DNA from: Selaginella moellendorffii
Lineage: Eukaryota > Plantae > Lycopodiophyta
Direction of reading: 5' to 3'
Assembly (NCBI RefSeq): GCF_000143415.4
Contig: NW_003314306.1
Location: forward strand, 1,307,129 to 1,371,128
Length of the DNA: 64,000 bases
Below, in pieces: positions 1 to 11,499 of the stretch; position 1 is the stretch's first letter, and each line of letters starts with the position of its first letter. The position numbers and the translations under genes were made by a program. The notes under the pieces are model-generated. The model made no database searches. It was not told the DNA's origin and worked only from the letters and a program-made list of their open reading frames with translations.

Positions 1-381
1 ACTCCCATGAATTTGTGACTCTTCGTTCTGAGCAGCCGCAGGATCACAAGCGTAAGAACTTCCACCGAGCCCAATCACAATGCTCACCTGAACTTAAACG
101 ATATGAACCTCTTCGTTGGCTTGTGCTTCTCGAGTAGCTCCACTGTCTTATTCATGAAACCGGGCTTCTCATAAATCTTCCCGATCCTGATTATTGTTGC
201 TCGTTCCTGAAAGCTCCAGCTCTTTAAACATTTACGACCACAAAACAAACGCGTCACCACCACGATCTCAAAACGTTTCGTCTACCTACCTTGATAGCTT
301 TGTCTGGCAATGCTCGCTGATCATACATCGTGATCATTCGAGCATACATAACTCTGAGGACACTCTTTTGTTTCATCACCA
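1..381 (-). pseudogene. Duplicated, degenerate 3' fragment of the PPR gene at 5326-6534
   Basis: 1-381 aligns nearly base for base with 5352-5743, with substitutions and a small deletion near 200. It is truncated by the repeat starting at ~385. Confidence 0.85.
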
Positions 382-384
382 ACC

Positions 385-1062
385 TACCCCATTTGTCGGT
401 TTATATTCACTTTAACCTTGGACTTCCTAGTGATTATCTCATCACCTAACATTTGGGTACAGCCTTCTTGGGCCAAATTGGCTCCTTACTATATTTTTGG
501 AACCCCTTACAGCAGGCCCCCCTCGGGACGATCGCTTTGGGTTTTCACCTAATAACTTGTATTAGTATTTGGACTGGGACTTTGTCTCAGTCTCAGTTTC
601 GGACTTGGACTCAGTCTCGGTCTCAATCTTGGTTTCATCGCAGACTCTATCTTGACTCTATCTCGGACTCCATCTTGGGTCCATTTCGGACTCCATCTCA
701 GGTCCATTTCAAACTCCATCTCAGATCCATCTCGAACTCCATCTCAGACTCTATCTTGGGTCCATCTCAAATTCCATCTCGAACTTTATCTCGGGTCCAT
801 TTTAGACTCCATCTTGGGTCCATTTCAAACACTTCCATGTGTTATTTGTTGATCCTCTTGTGTCCCTTTTCTAGAGACTCACTTATTGTTTGTTTCGTGT
901 TTGTTCCTTAAACACTTCGTTAGGAGTTCCACTCCTATTTTCAACTTTTCGAGTCAAAGCTTTTAATTTAAATGTGTTATGCTTATTTAGTTTCTGCCTC
1001 AACCACTACCATGTGGCACCCTTTCGGCTCCTCCTTAGGGCCTAGGGATTTTGTATCTCACA
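385..1062 (-). mobile_element. LTR-like repeat fragment containing a 12-bp tandem array
   Basis: ACTCCATCTCGG/AG-type units at ~620-830. The flank 830-1062 is similar to 62820-63049, and both end in TCTCACA (a TG start on the minus strand). Confidence 0.6.
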
Positions 1063-2049
1063 TAGCCCAAGTTCCAAGACCTTTAATCAATTGTACACTT
1101 TTATTCATAGCGCATTTGAACCCTAATAGATTATCTCTCAAGTAGTTCTTTTTAAGAACCATTAAATTTTATTAGCATATAAATCTTTGGCTTTAAACAA
1201 GAAAGTTATTGTTAGTGCTAAATAATTTGCTAAAGCTATATATAAAGTACTATATTGCATTACTTCAATGCTTAATATAACTTCCATAGCATATCAAGAT
1301 TTAACTAGAGTTGAAGAAAAGGATCTGAGAAAGCTAATGATATTTAGATCACACTGGAGCCATGAAAGAAATAGCAACACAACTGTTAAGAGCTCATTGT
1401 TGAAAGAAGGGGGAAATAATGAACCCACTAATAAAATATAAGAAAAAATAAATTTATGTTGAACACCTCTCAACACTCTATTTTTATAGGGGTTTTGGAA
1501 ACTAATGTGGTTAGACCCCAAGCTAATCCAAACACGTAATTTAGGTTTGGTTTCATATTAATCCCAAATACTCATCAGGAGGAGGTGATTATATTTCTTA
1601 ATAAATATAAAGATGGCAAATATTTGACAAGTGTGTAATTTACTTTATATGTTATGGCTTTAAAAGCACTTGATCTTAATCCAGCTCCATTCAAAAAGAT
1701 AGAAAAAAAAGTGGTTAGATAAAAACTTTATATAAAATAAGCAAAAATAATAAATATTTTATTTCTTTATAATTTACACATAAAGTTACTTTAGCACTCA
1801 TGGGAGAAGTAGAAAAGATTTATGCACTACCAATTTTGTACTAAATTCCCATCAGCATTCAGCATGAAAGTTTGTTTTATATGTAACCTACATCTCATTG
1901 AGCTTCCTCCTCTCAGCTAAATCCTATTTTATAAGTTTTATCAATTATCTGGAGCATAGAACATTGCCTCTCATGATGTGGTAGAGGCCTTTGCTCTAAA
2001 AATACTGCATTGTGGAGGCCCTGCCATGTGTGAGTGTTGTGCTTATTCT

Positions 2050-2380
2050 ATCTCACTGTGGTGGTGTTTTATAAAAGAAAGACAAAAGGATAATACCTGT
2101 TGCATCTTCGATCTTCATCCTTTCTTTGGACGTAAGCAAGCCAGTGATTGTCGTGTTCCAGGTTACCAAGCTCAGCTGCTTCATCCTGTGTCCTGTCACT
2201 GCTCGTAAGTCATCCACATTGCTAGACTTTCTATAAAAGTTTACCAGAGCCGCCATCATATTCTCTGCCGCGAGAAACTATGGGTTGTCAGAATAGTTAG
2301 AAAGCTCACACTTTGCAGCTTGCTTGCTATATATGGCATATGTCATGATCATTGCGTTCCAGAGAACTACTGGTCGAGAT
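2050..2380 (-). pseudogene. PLS-class PPR gene remnant
   Basis: Minus-strand ALVNFYRKSSNVDDLRAV..RMKQLSLVTWNTTITG and VVLWNAMI resemble PLS-PPR repeats; stops are present. Confidence 0.55.
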
Positions 2381-2895
2381 GTACAATCAGATTGGAAGTG
2401 TTTGCAAGGTAGCTGAGATCTTCAATTGATTCAATTTGAAAGGGCTTTTTCTCAGTGATGCACTTCCCACACCATTCTTCCCAGAATCGCTGGGAATTCC
2501 ATTGCGTAGAAGATTTTCAAGCACCCGAGTAGATGAAAAAAATAAAAAATAAACAATCATGCAAGAGAAAGATGATGCATACTCACTATTGGCTAATTGG
2601 TTCTTTGATATCCGAAAGCTTTGACTTGAGCTTAGAACAAAGCAAAACGTTAATGTTAATAAGTAAAAAGGTAAAAAGTAATCTCCAACATTAAAGGAAA
2701 ATATTCTAAGAACATTCTCAAGCACTTAATTATATAAAGTCCACTTGTAAACAGCTGCTCTGACTTCGCAGTCATTATCATGTTCCTCGAAGGCACTGGG
2801 AATGTAAATCTTGACCGGCCTTTAGGCATTCGTGATAGAAACACTTGGTTCATAAATAGGTAGGCTGCAAGAGGAATAATCGTCTTGGTTTCACA

Positions 2896-3078
2896 ATGTC
2901 GAAGTTCGCGGTTTTGTTTGCGCTGATTGCTGCTCTGGTAGTAATTTGCTTTGTGGAAGTCGCTAGTGCTCAGCGCCGAAGATGCACAAGTCGTTCACAG
3001 TGCCCATCTAACATGCCCTTCTGCTGCAATCCCGGGATCTGCTACAGCATTCCTCCATTTCTTGGCCCTTGCTATTGA
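2896..3078 (+). CDS. Secreted small cysteine-rich peptide (signal peptide + C-x5-C-x6-CC-x4-C-x9-C; knottin/hevein-like spacing)
   Basis: ATG in ACAATG context, hydrophobic leader ending ASA|Q, six Cys, and AATAAA at ~3112. Confidence 0.8.
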   Translation: MSKFAVLFALIAALVVICFVEVASAQRRRCTSRSQCPSNMPFCCNPGICYSIPPFLGPCY

Positions 3079-3748
3079 TCAGTAGCATGTACAAGCACAA
3101 ATGGTTGAATGAATAAACTGTTCTTTATCTGAAGCTATGCATAGTTGTTTCAGAACTCAAAATTTCATGCTTTCTATCTAGTGGTGATTATCGACGGTTT
3201 GGCCCAGTTGAAACTACAGGAATCTCACATACAAACAACTTAGCTATTAACTAGTGACATACAACAAGGCATTACCACAGGGATCATGAAATTCTCATGG
3301 AGCCGAGTTGTTATATGAGATTATTGTGGAAGAAATTGTACAAATACACTGGAAGAATTAATTGAATGTCTTAGGGTGGTGTGGTTCTTTCTGGACATGC
3401 TCTGGGTGCGATAACTCATGCCGTGGATCCGCCATCTCGTGTGGAGGAGGAACCTGGCCTCCTGGCAAGGACCCTTTCAGCTTTACAGTAAGACATTTCG
3501 TTCCAGAAGGAAGTTTGATGTTTTGTTGGAACAGAAACCCGACTGAGTCTTGTTGCGGAATATAGAGGTCCATTGCCGGGTCCGTTGCTTGTGGACGATA
3601 TTTCCTACTAGATCCATTTCACGGAAGGCCTCAATGTAAATAGGTCAGCTGATTAAGGAAATGCTCCAACTTGATGTTGATGGATCAGAAAAACATTTGT
3701 TTATTCATTCCACAATCGCAGAGACCATTGTCATGCTGTTCATGAAAT

Positions 3749-3905
3749 TCACGGATAGCAAGCCCCGATAAACGGAGGAGTCTGATAGCAAATGCCCGGA
3801 TTGCAACAAGTTGGCTTGTCATGCGCTTGAGCTCCCAGCTCCCAGCTCGCAGCAAGAAGATCTCCATCGGAGCTGCGGCAAGCAGCACCAGCACTTTTCC
3901 TATGT
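3749..3905 (-). pseudogene. Inverted, decayed paralog of the cysteine-rich peptide gene
   Basis: Ends in CCNPGICYQTPPFIGACYP versus CCNPGICYSIPPFLGPCY. The leader-like GKVLVLLAAA is in another frame. The 3' motif GAATGAATAAAC is shared. Confidence 0.7.
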
Positions 3906-4569
3906 ATATAACTGGTTCCAGAGCCAAGTGTCGGCCCAAATGACAAGTGGCCGATAGGAAAAGAACGCCAGGTTCAATCCCTGTCAGGTGAACCAAAAAG
4001 TCAAACCATTGATATCCTGTTGAGGCAGCCATTATCTGCTCAAGATTTTTTCCTCAAGGTGACGATAACTTCCGAACTCATGACACCTATTTCATAACGT
4101 CACTCCCATCTAAAAGTACGCATGCCAATATCCAAATGACCAGCTCCGGCTAGGAAGACGGAAACAACGGATATCCCTTCCATGACAAGACCTGAAACTT
4201 CGAAGTGATGCATGGACATACTTACTGTCTTGTTGCACATCAATTTGAGAAGAACGTCTGATTGACTGATCTGACAGAAGAGCAACACAATATGAGATTC
4301 CTGATTCCATCCAACAAGACCAGCTACCTGTCCTCCCTCCCGTCCACGATGGAAACTAGGAAAGGAACAGGGACATTTTGTCAGTAATTGTGTGACATAA
4401 CAAAGCGAGAGCAGAGCTTGAGACTTGAAGCAAAGAACAAAGACAAAATAGAAAGAACCGCAAGAATTTCAAGAGAAAGCAATACACAAGGAGAGGAAGA
4501 GAAAAGAAAAACGTAACACTTACTTGATCCAAGGAATGGTTGTTTGGTGCAAGAGCCCAGCCTCTAAAG

Positions 4570-5150
4570 CTCAGCGCATACTTCGAGTCTTCATGCTCGA
4601 GGATATCCCACCACCCAAGGTTCGCGGCGTGCAAAAGAAGGAAGCGGAGCTCTTTTTGGCGGTGGCGGCGGCGGCGGCGGTGGCAGCGGCGGTGGAGCTA
4701 GTGTTCTTGAGCGCACTGAGCGCAAACAAGGAAGCCAGAGGGTCCCCGGCATCGCTGGTCGGCAGCTTCTTCTTCCTCATCTCCACCACTCCGCTCTCCT
4801 TGCACACGAGCTCGGTGTTAGGGCAGAAACCAGGAACTCGCAAATCGGCATGCTTCCGACAAGCTCGCCTGCTGGAGCTGGAGCTGCGCCAGGAACTCGG
4901 CGATCTGCGCGTCGCGGATGGCTCGAATCGCCGCCGCCCTCGCTTGCACTGTCGAGACCAAGATTGAGAGATTTCCCCCCGAGTGCAGCCTCTCACCTTG
5001 CAAATCTATCGCCCGGCACAGCTCCGCCACGCGATCATCCTCCGCCGCCGCAGCGTCCTCCTCCTCCCCCGCCCTCCTTACCCGGGGTGATTCCTTGTCG
5101 CCACTGTTTTCGCACCACTGCCGGCTAAAGGATGGATTTGGACTTCCATG
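4570..5150 (-). pseudogene. Borealin-related (BORR-like) gene, frameshifted and apparently truncated
   Basis: VQARAAAIRAIRDAQIAEFLAQLQL and PNTELVCKESGVVEMRKK match the plant BORR N-terminal region (AAIRAIRD motif, recalled). Intron ~4950-4997. Frame breaks near 4830 and near the start; the C-terminal GMTPKT..GSPL motif is not seen. Confidence 0.6.
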
Positions 5151-5325
5151 ACTTACAAACGGGGTGCTGCCGGAAAAAAAATCCGCTTTTGATCTATAGA
5201 AACTTTTTTAGATTTGGCCCTGATCAAGAAGAAAAAGTAGAAGACCAGAAGCTCGCCTCAGCTAAAGTCTATGATCGTAGCAAGACGTTCTCTAAGTTTC
5301 CTCTTTTTCTGTTTCTCCGAAGAAG

Positions 5326-6534
5326 TTAGTCGCCTCCTGTCATGGCCCGGGACTCCCATGAATTTGTGACTCTTCGTTCTGAGCAGCCGCAGGATCACAA
5401 GCGTAAGAACTTCCGCCAAGCCCAATCACAATGCTCACCTGAACTTAAACGATATGAACCTCTTCGTTGGCTTGTGCTTCTCGAGTAGCTCCGCCGTCTT
5501 ATTCGTGAAACCGAGCTTCTCATAAATCTTCCCGATCCTGATTATTGTCGCTGGGTCCGGCCTCGTTCCTGAAAGCTCCAGCTCTTTAAACATCTACGAC
5601 CACAAAACAAACACCATCACCACCACAATCGCAAAACGTTTCGTCTACCTACCTTGATAGCTTTGTCTGGCAATGCTCGCCGATCATACATCGTGATCAT
5701 TCGAGCATACATAACTCTGGGGACGCTCTCTTGTTTCGTCACCACAAAAGTATGCCAGATGTGCTCAACCTCGTCCACCCTGCCATCAATGTCCAAAGCC
5801 CGGAGGAGACATCCATAAGTGTTCATTGTAAAGCCATGGCCTTTGCTAAACATCCACTTGATCACCTGTGACGTTTTTCCAGTCAGATAGAACAGAGAAC
5901 TCGCAGAACTTACGTGAATAACTCTGCGCCATTGNNNNNNNNNNNNNNNNNNNNNNNNNNNNNNNNNNNNNNNNNNNNNNNNNNNNNNNNNNNNNNNNNN
6001 NNNNNNNNNNNNNNNNNNNNNNNNNNNNNNNNNNTCTCCTCTTTGACATCGGGAAGTGGCAAAACCTGTGCACGAAGTTTTGAAAGATCCAGAAGAAATA
6101 AAAAGAAAAGAGAGAGAGAGAAGAACTTACTGCATCCACCAAGTCCCGTGCTCTTTGCATCTTAGTTCTTCTCGGGAGCACATCATAAGGCGCTTTAGTT
6201 CTTTCATTCGGAACTTCATTCTGCCTGCTCTGGAAAAAATCGTAGTTCAATCAATCAGATCTAACTCCACACGCCCCGAAAGCATCGAAACTTACTTCCA
6301 ACTTGCCACATTCTCCAGCGCCAGAACCTTGTTCGTCGTAGGCCCAAGCCGGAGCTTCTTGTGCCTCACAAAGATCAAGCTGTGCGTCGCGTCTTGACGC
6401 CGGGCAAGAAAATCGCGTAAGCACGGCGCGCTGCTCTCAACGCCGAATAGAGCGCAGCTGGAGAGGCCCCGCGATCGAAAGCCAGATATCCCAGCTCGCG
6501 CAGCAGCGGCATTCCGCCATAGCCACTGTCTCAT
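5326..6534 (-). CDS. P-type pentatricopeptide repeat protein (At4g18975/EMB1417-like), multi-exon, spans an N gap
   Basis: IKWMFSKGHGFTMNTYGCLLRALDIDGRVDE...SVPRVMYARMITMYD and VFKELELSGTRPD; transit-like N-terminus from ATG 6534. The 3' end is uncertain (5435 or ~5326). Confidence 0.8.
5935..6033. other. Assembly gap (N run)
   Basis: Run of N. Confidence 0.99.
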
Positions 6535-6853
6535 GAAAGAACCCTAAGTCTAGCACAAAGGACCGAATATCCCTCTCGTTTGCTTTTAAATTTAGCGCCA
6601 ACTTTGCCGTTCGGGCATGTTGTCAGAAATTCCGAGAACAAATTAGCGCCAGCTTTGGAATCTAGGAAGAGCAATCTCAAAGAACACTGGGGCGATTAAT
6701 TCAGCATTGTCAATTTCTTTGCATGTAATTACAAGATTTATCCAAGAGAGGATTCAATTGAGCCAGAAAAAACGAAGTGTTGGCGAATTAAGAAACAAGC
6801 ATGAATGGCAAGAAAAAAAAAATCAATAGAAGCAAAACCACCATAGCTCCACC

Positions 6854-7477
6854 CTAGTTTCCAACTGGATCTGGCCCCTCCGGAACGCTATGGAACACGG
6901 TTCCAAAGTTGTGGAGTGGATTCGGACCCGCTGGAACCAAGTGAAGATCGATCTCGTCGTGGACGGGGCTGGGACCGGCCGGAGGAGATGGCGTTGTGCG
7001 CGGCTTGGAGACGACGAACTGGCCCTCTCCATTGTGGACTGGGCTCGGACCGGCCGGAGGAGATGGCGTTGTGCGGGGCTTGGAGACGACGAACTGGCCC
7101 TCTCCATTGTGGACTGGGCTCGGACCGGCCGGAGGAGATGGCGTTGTCCGGGGCTTGGAGACGACGAACTGGCCCTCTCCATTGTGGACTGGGCTCGGAC
7201 CGGCCGGAGGAGATGGCGTCCGGGGCTTCGAGACCTCAAACCGCGATCCACCGTTACCACCAGGGCTGGGACCGGTTGGCGGAGAGATGAATTCCATTGC
7301 CACCTCGTCCAGATCCTTCGAGTTCCCGCCCGGATTAGGCCCCGTTGGTGGCGAGAGCAAAACCACATCGTCGAGACGCTGGATCATCCTGGAGGAGTCG
7401 ACCACCACCGCGGCCATGAGGGCAGCGACGAGGAGCAGCAGCAGCATTTTGTTGGTCAAGGACGCGATCAAGGCCAT
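6854..7477 (-). CDS. Secreted multi-CLE-domain peptide precursor (8 motifs)
   Basis: ATG at 7477, signal peptide, motifs LSPPTGPNPGGN, ISPPTGPSPGGN, 4x PSPPAGPSPVH(N/D), HLVPAGPNPLHN and terminal HSVPEGPDPVGN. TATA-like at ~7598-7605. Confidence 0.88.
   Translation of the reverse strand: MALIASLTNKMLLLLLVAALMAAVVVDSSRMIQRLDDVVLLSPPTGPNPGGNSKDLDEVAMEFISPPTGPSPGGNGGSRFEVSKPRTPSPPAGPSPVHNGEGQFVVSKPRTTPSPPAGPSPVHNGEGQFVVSKPRTTPSPPAGPSPVHNGEGQFVVSKPRTTPSPPAGPSPVHDEIDLHLVPAGPNPLHNFGTVFHSVPEGPDPVGN
6958..7240. repeat. 75-bp coding tandem repeat (~3.7 copies) in the CLE-like gene
   Basis: Near-identical 25-aa units SKPRTTPSPPAGPSPVHNGEGQFVV. Confidence 0.9.
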
Positions 7478-7798
7478 TGCGATTGTAGTAAACTCTTCCA
7501 CGAAGATTGGAGCGAGGGATCCCCGAAGAACTTCCCAAAAGGATTGATCAGAGAACTACTGCGCCGTGATCTGTGCTTGACACTCTTGTATAAAGTGTTT
7601 ATATACCCGGACCTCGATGTGCCAAGCATGGAAGCTACGCCATATCCAGCTCCGCCTCCGCACCTTTTGAGGACGAGGTATATCGTCTCATCAAAAATAA
7701 CGCGAGATCGTCTTATTGTGAATTAAGAGAATATCGGTCAACGATCTTGCTCGCCCTAGCGAGTCAAAGGACGGTCAAAACGGGAGATTTTTGGAAAT

Positions 7799-7870
7799 GC
7801 CTTTATAGCTCAGTGGTAGAGCGTCAGTCTTGTAAACTGAAGGCCTGGAGTTCAATCCTCCATGGAGGCA
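7799..7870 (+). tRNA. tRNA-Thr(UGU)
   Basis: GCCTTTA/TGGAGGC acceptor, A box TAGCTCAGTGGT, anticodon arm TCAGT-CTTGTAA-ACTGA, T loop GTTCAATC; 72 nt. Confidence 0.9.
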
Positions 7871-7936
7871 TTACTAAATAGACCCTTTGGCTAGTCAAAG
7901 AGTCAATGGTAGTCAATTGAGTCTTTTCGTGCAAAT

Positions 7937-8008
7937 GCCTTTGTACCTCACTGGTAGAGCGTCAGTCTTGTAAACTCAAGGTCTTGAGTTCAATCCTTCG
8001 TGAAGGCA
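7937..8008 (+). pseudogene. tRNA-Thr(UGU) duplicate, probably a pseudo-tRNA
   Basis: Tandem copy of 7799-7870 with altered A box/D stem (TACCTCACTGG) and mismatches in the anticodon and T stems. Confidence 0.7.
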
Positions 8009-8170
8009 GCAAAAAAAGTCCTCTTCATTTATTTTAGTACGTTTTGCTGGTCCCGGGTTCGAATCCGGGCCACAAGTCTAGAAAAGGCCGAGATAAGGAA
8101 AGCGTTCGTACTAAGAGAGGCGTTGTTAGGGTTGCAAGGGTAGGGGAAGGAAGAAGAGAGAGCGAGGAGG

Positions 8171-8746
8171 ATGTCGACCAAGGTAAAGCTCCGCAGCAGC
8201 GATGGTGAGATGTTTGAGGTGGACGAGGCCGTGGCGCTCGAGTCCCAGACGGTGAAGAACATGATCGAGGACACTGGGTCGGACGCGCCGATACCCTTGC
8301 CCAACGTCCCAAGCAAGATCCTGGCCAAGGTGATCGAGTACTCCAAGTACCACGTCGATGCCCAGAAGAGCGGCGACGACTCCAAGGTCGTGCCCACCGA
8401 GGAGGAGATCAAGGCCTGGGACGCCGAGTTCGTCAAGGTCGATCAGGCGACGCTCTTCGACCTCATCCTGGTAGGATTTCTTCGTTCGATTTCTTCCCCC
8501 CTTTTTCTCTCGCTTTTCTCGTTTTGGGTCTTGAGCTTTCGACTGACAATCGATTTGGGTGATTTGTTCCAGGCCGCGAACTATCTCAACATCCGGAACT
8601 TGCTGGATCTGACGTGCCAAACCGTGGCGGACATGATCAAGGGCAAGACCCCGGAGGAGATCCGCAAGACTTTCAACATCAAGAACGATTTCACGCCCGA
8701 GGAAGAGGAGGAGGTCCGGCGGGAGAACCAGTGGGCGTTCGAGTAA
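8171..8746 (+). CDS. SKP1: SKP1-like SCF subunit (intron 8471-8572; 157 aa spliced)
   Basis: Canonical SSDGEMFEV...IPLPNV...LFDLIL|AANYLNI...RRENQWAFE; 102-nt GT-AG intron. Confidence 0.97.
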   Translation: MSTKVKLRSSDGEMFEVDEAVALESQTVKNMIEDTGSDAPIPLPNVPSKILAKVIEYSKYHVDAQKSGDDSKVVPTEEEIKAWDAEFVKVDQATLFDLILVGFLRSISSPLFLSLFSFWVLSFRLTIDLGDLFQAANYLNIRNLLDLTCQTVADMIKGKTPEEIRKTFNIKNDFTPEEEEEVRRENQWAFE

Positions 8747-9482
8747 GAGAGGAGAAAGCAAAGGATTCGCGTTTTAGCGTCGTCGGCGTCTATCTCCATT
8801 CTCCCTCTCTCTCTCTCTTTCTCCCTCTGTTTGTTTGCTTCCTATTGAACGAAAGGTTTTGTTATGGCTTAAAAATTGTGTAAAAGTTAATTCCTTTAAA
8901 TATTTGGCCGGTTATTATGAATATACTCTTTTTTGGGAGTATGCGGATCTCTCTAACTTAAAGTTAAGTTTTGTTTGTTCGAACTTAAATTACGCTACAT
9001 AGATTCGAACCCTGGAAATAATTCCGTTAAATAATTTGCCGGTTAAGCTCTTAACTTGTACTTGACAGTTAAGTTTATGCTAGTGAGATTCGAACCCTGG
9101 CCGGATGGGCTGGAAGGAATCGAACCCGTGACGTTTGACTAGTTCTTCTACGTGTAAGCTATTTTGCCCCTTCTATTTTTTCTGTGCGCGTAAGAACGCG
9201 GTTTCACGGGCCATCGCCAGGGACGACTGTGGAGGGCGTGCGCAGCGATCTATCATCACCTCCGGCAGCTCGATCTACGATTTCTAGCCGCTGCTTTGCG
9301 CGTTGATTTCTAAGCTCAGGTGAGATCTTCCAGATCTACAAACCCTTGCTCGGTAGAATCTTAGCTCTTTGTGCTTGGCCGCAAGTGCATTCCATTCCAG
9401 TGCCAGTTTTCTTGAGATTCTCTTCGCAGAGGGCTAAAAATCTGGTGGCGCCTTGCAGTGTGGAATTTGGAAGCCGGGCACA

Positions 9483-10548
9483 CTGGCGACCTTCTGGAAC
9501 TTGCCGGACGAGCCGGTAGATCACAAGGCGGTGGATTGGAAATGGCGAGGCACTCCCTCGCTCCAATCGCTCCAGGCTTTCAAGCAGCACCACCAGGCGC
9601 AGCTACCAGTCCTGGGCAAGCAAAAGTTTGACCCCAAGCCGCGGATCACTGTCAACGAGGTGAAGAAAGTGGCCAGCGATCTCAAGCGCGGTGGTGGTGT
9701 CGGACTCGGGAATCCAAAGCAGTCGTTCCTCGAGCAGAAGCAAGCGAATCTAGAGAAGCAGCAGGGATCCTCGGGGCTTGACAAGCGTTTCAAGACGCTT
9801 CCACCGTCGGAGATGCTACCACGGAATGAAACGCTTGGTGGCTATATCTTTGTTTGCAACAATGATACCATGCAAGAGGACCTCAAGCGCCAGCTCTTTG
9901 GTAAGTCCTCTCTCGTTTTTTTTCTGTCTTTCTTCGTAGCTATGACTGAAAGCTTGTTTTTTTTTTCTTTTGCGCTTTCAGGCTTGCCTCAAAGGTACCG
10001 TGACTCTGTTCGTGCTATCCAGCCGGGCCTGCCTTTGTTTCTTTACAACTATACTACGCACCAGCTTCACGGGGTGTACGAGGTAAAGCTACCTCTCTCT
10101 CAGGATTTGTGACTCTCATGTTGATGGCGAATCCAAACTTTTGCGTGACTCTACAGGCTGCGAGTTTTGGGGGCTCAAACATAGATCCTACTGCGTGGGA
10201 AGACAAGAAGTGTCGTGGAGAATCTCGGTTCCCTGCACAGGTTTGTCTTCACTTCTTTCTCATTTGCTTCTCGAGCGTGTGTGAGGATCCGGGCTTAACT
10301 TTCTCTCGCTTTGTCCTCTCCAGGTTCGCATAAGAGTTAGAATGAACTACAAGCCTCTGGAGGAGGATGCTTTCCGTCCCGTGCTCCATCACTACGACGG
10401 TCCCAAGTTTCGTCTCCAATTGTCCGTCCCAGAGGTGTGCTGTCCTCTCTCGGCTCTTGATTTTGTTTCTCATCCCTTTGGTTTGTTCTTTCGTCGGTTG
10501 CAGACGTTGATGCTGCTAGATCTCTTCTCAGACAAAGGCTCGGCTTGA
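9483..10548 (+). CDS. DCD-domain protein (NRP/B2/GDA1-like); introns 9901-9981, 10083-10156, 10241-10323, 10435-10503
   Basis: KRFKTLPPSEMLPRNETLGGYIFVCNNDTMQEDLKRQLFGLP..LFLYNYTTHQLHG..NIDPTAWEDKKC.GESRFPAQ. No upstream ATG; the start is placed tentatively at CTG 9483. Confidence 0.88.
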
Positions 10549-11035
10549 TCATATATGTCTACGCTACTTATTCGCTACTAGATAAAACAGAACCAAGGCA
10601 CCGGTTGCTAAAAGTATGCGAGGAAGCCATGGAAAAAAGCTTGTTTTTTTGCCCTCACTCTTGATGGCCAAGACGAAGAAGCGCTACACGGATGGTGTAA
10701 GATATTTGCTAAGTGTGTATAAACAAAACAAATGGTAAATAAAAGCGCTCGTTTTCTGGAATCGATGACATCGCCATCTCTGCGTTAGTTGCGGTGTTGC
10801 GCAAAGATTTGGTTTTGTGGAAGAGCTTTTCTCGAAGATCGTTTGCTTCCGTGGTGCTGATGCTTTTTTTTTTTTTTTTCAATCAGAAATGGGGCCCCGT
10901 GCAGCATTGCGAGGGCAGGTGTTGGATTTGGATTGTAATGTGGCGTGCCAAAGGCGGTGCCACATTCACTTCCAACTGTTTAAAAGATTTTATTTCGCGT
11001 TTCGCGGATCACGGAAGAACGACTAAAGTGTTAAT

Positions 11036-11107
11036 GGGCATCTGGTCTACTGGTATGATTGTCGCTTAGGGTGCGAGAGGTCCCGAGTTCAATTCTCGGA
11101 ATGCCCC
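11036..11107 (+). tRNA. tRNA-Pro(AGG), with a few non-canonical substitutions
   Basis: GGGCAT...ATGCCCC acceptor, anticodon loop TTAGGGT, T arm CCCGAGTTCAATTCTCGG. D-loop TCTACTGG and the first anticodon-stem base deviate. Confidence 0.8.
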
Positions 11108-11499
11108 ATTCTGTTTTAGATGGTTGCAAGCATAAACTGTTTATGTTTGTCACCATCATCCAGAATAAAATTCCCTCCTGACACATAAAGTTCTAGAATG
11201 GAACGGTTCCTTCTATAGCTTGATGCCGTGTTTGATTTCTCCAAACTTTTCTGAAGCAGAGAAGCTAGGGAGAAGCTACCACAATCTGGAGCGACATGGA
11301 GAAGCTACGAGAGCGAAGCTCAACGGCGACAACACAGCTTGCAGCATGTCTCATCAATTCCATCGAGGTGGCAGCAAAGTCATTGTTATCACCATAAAAA
11401 CTTCACAAAAGCACCGACGTTTTCCATCCTGCCCAAGCACTACCAGTGTTCGAATAGAAAGTCTGGAAATGAGCTCGACGCACACTAAGAGGTAATCTT

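Noticed and set aside
6890-7726. 278-aa and other overlapping ORFs at the CLE locus
   Set aside because: Antisense or alternate-frame shadows of a GC-rich repeat. Only the 7477-6854 frame has a signal peptide and motifs.
8126-8761. 211-aa minus-strand ORF
   Set aside because: Antisense shadow of SKP1.
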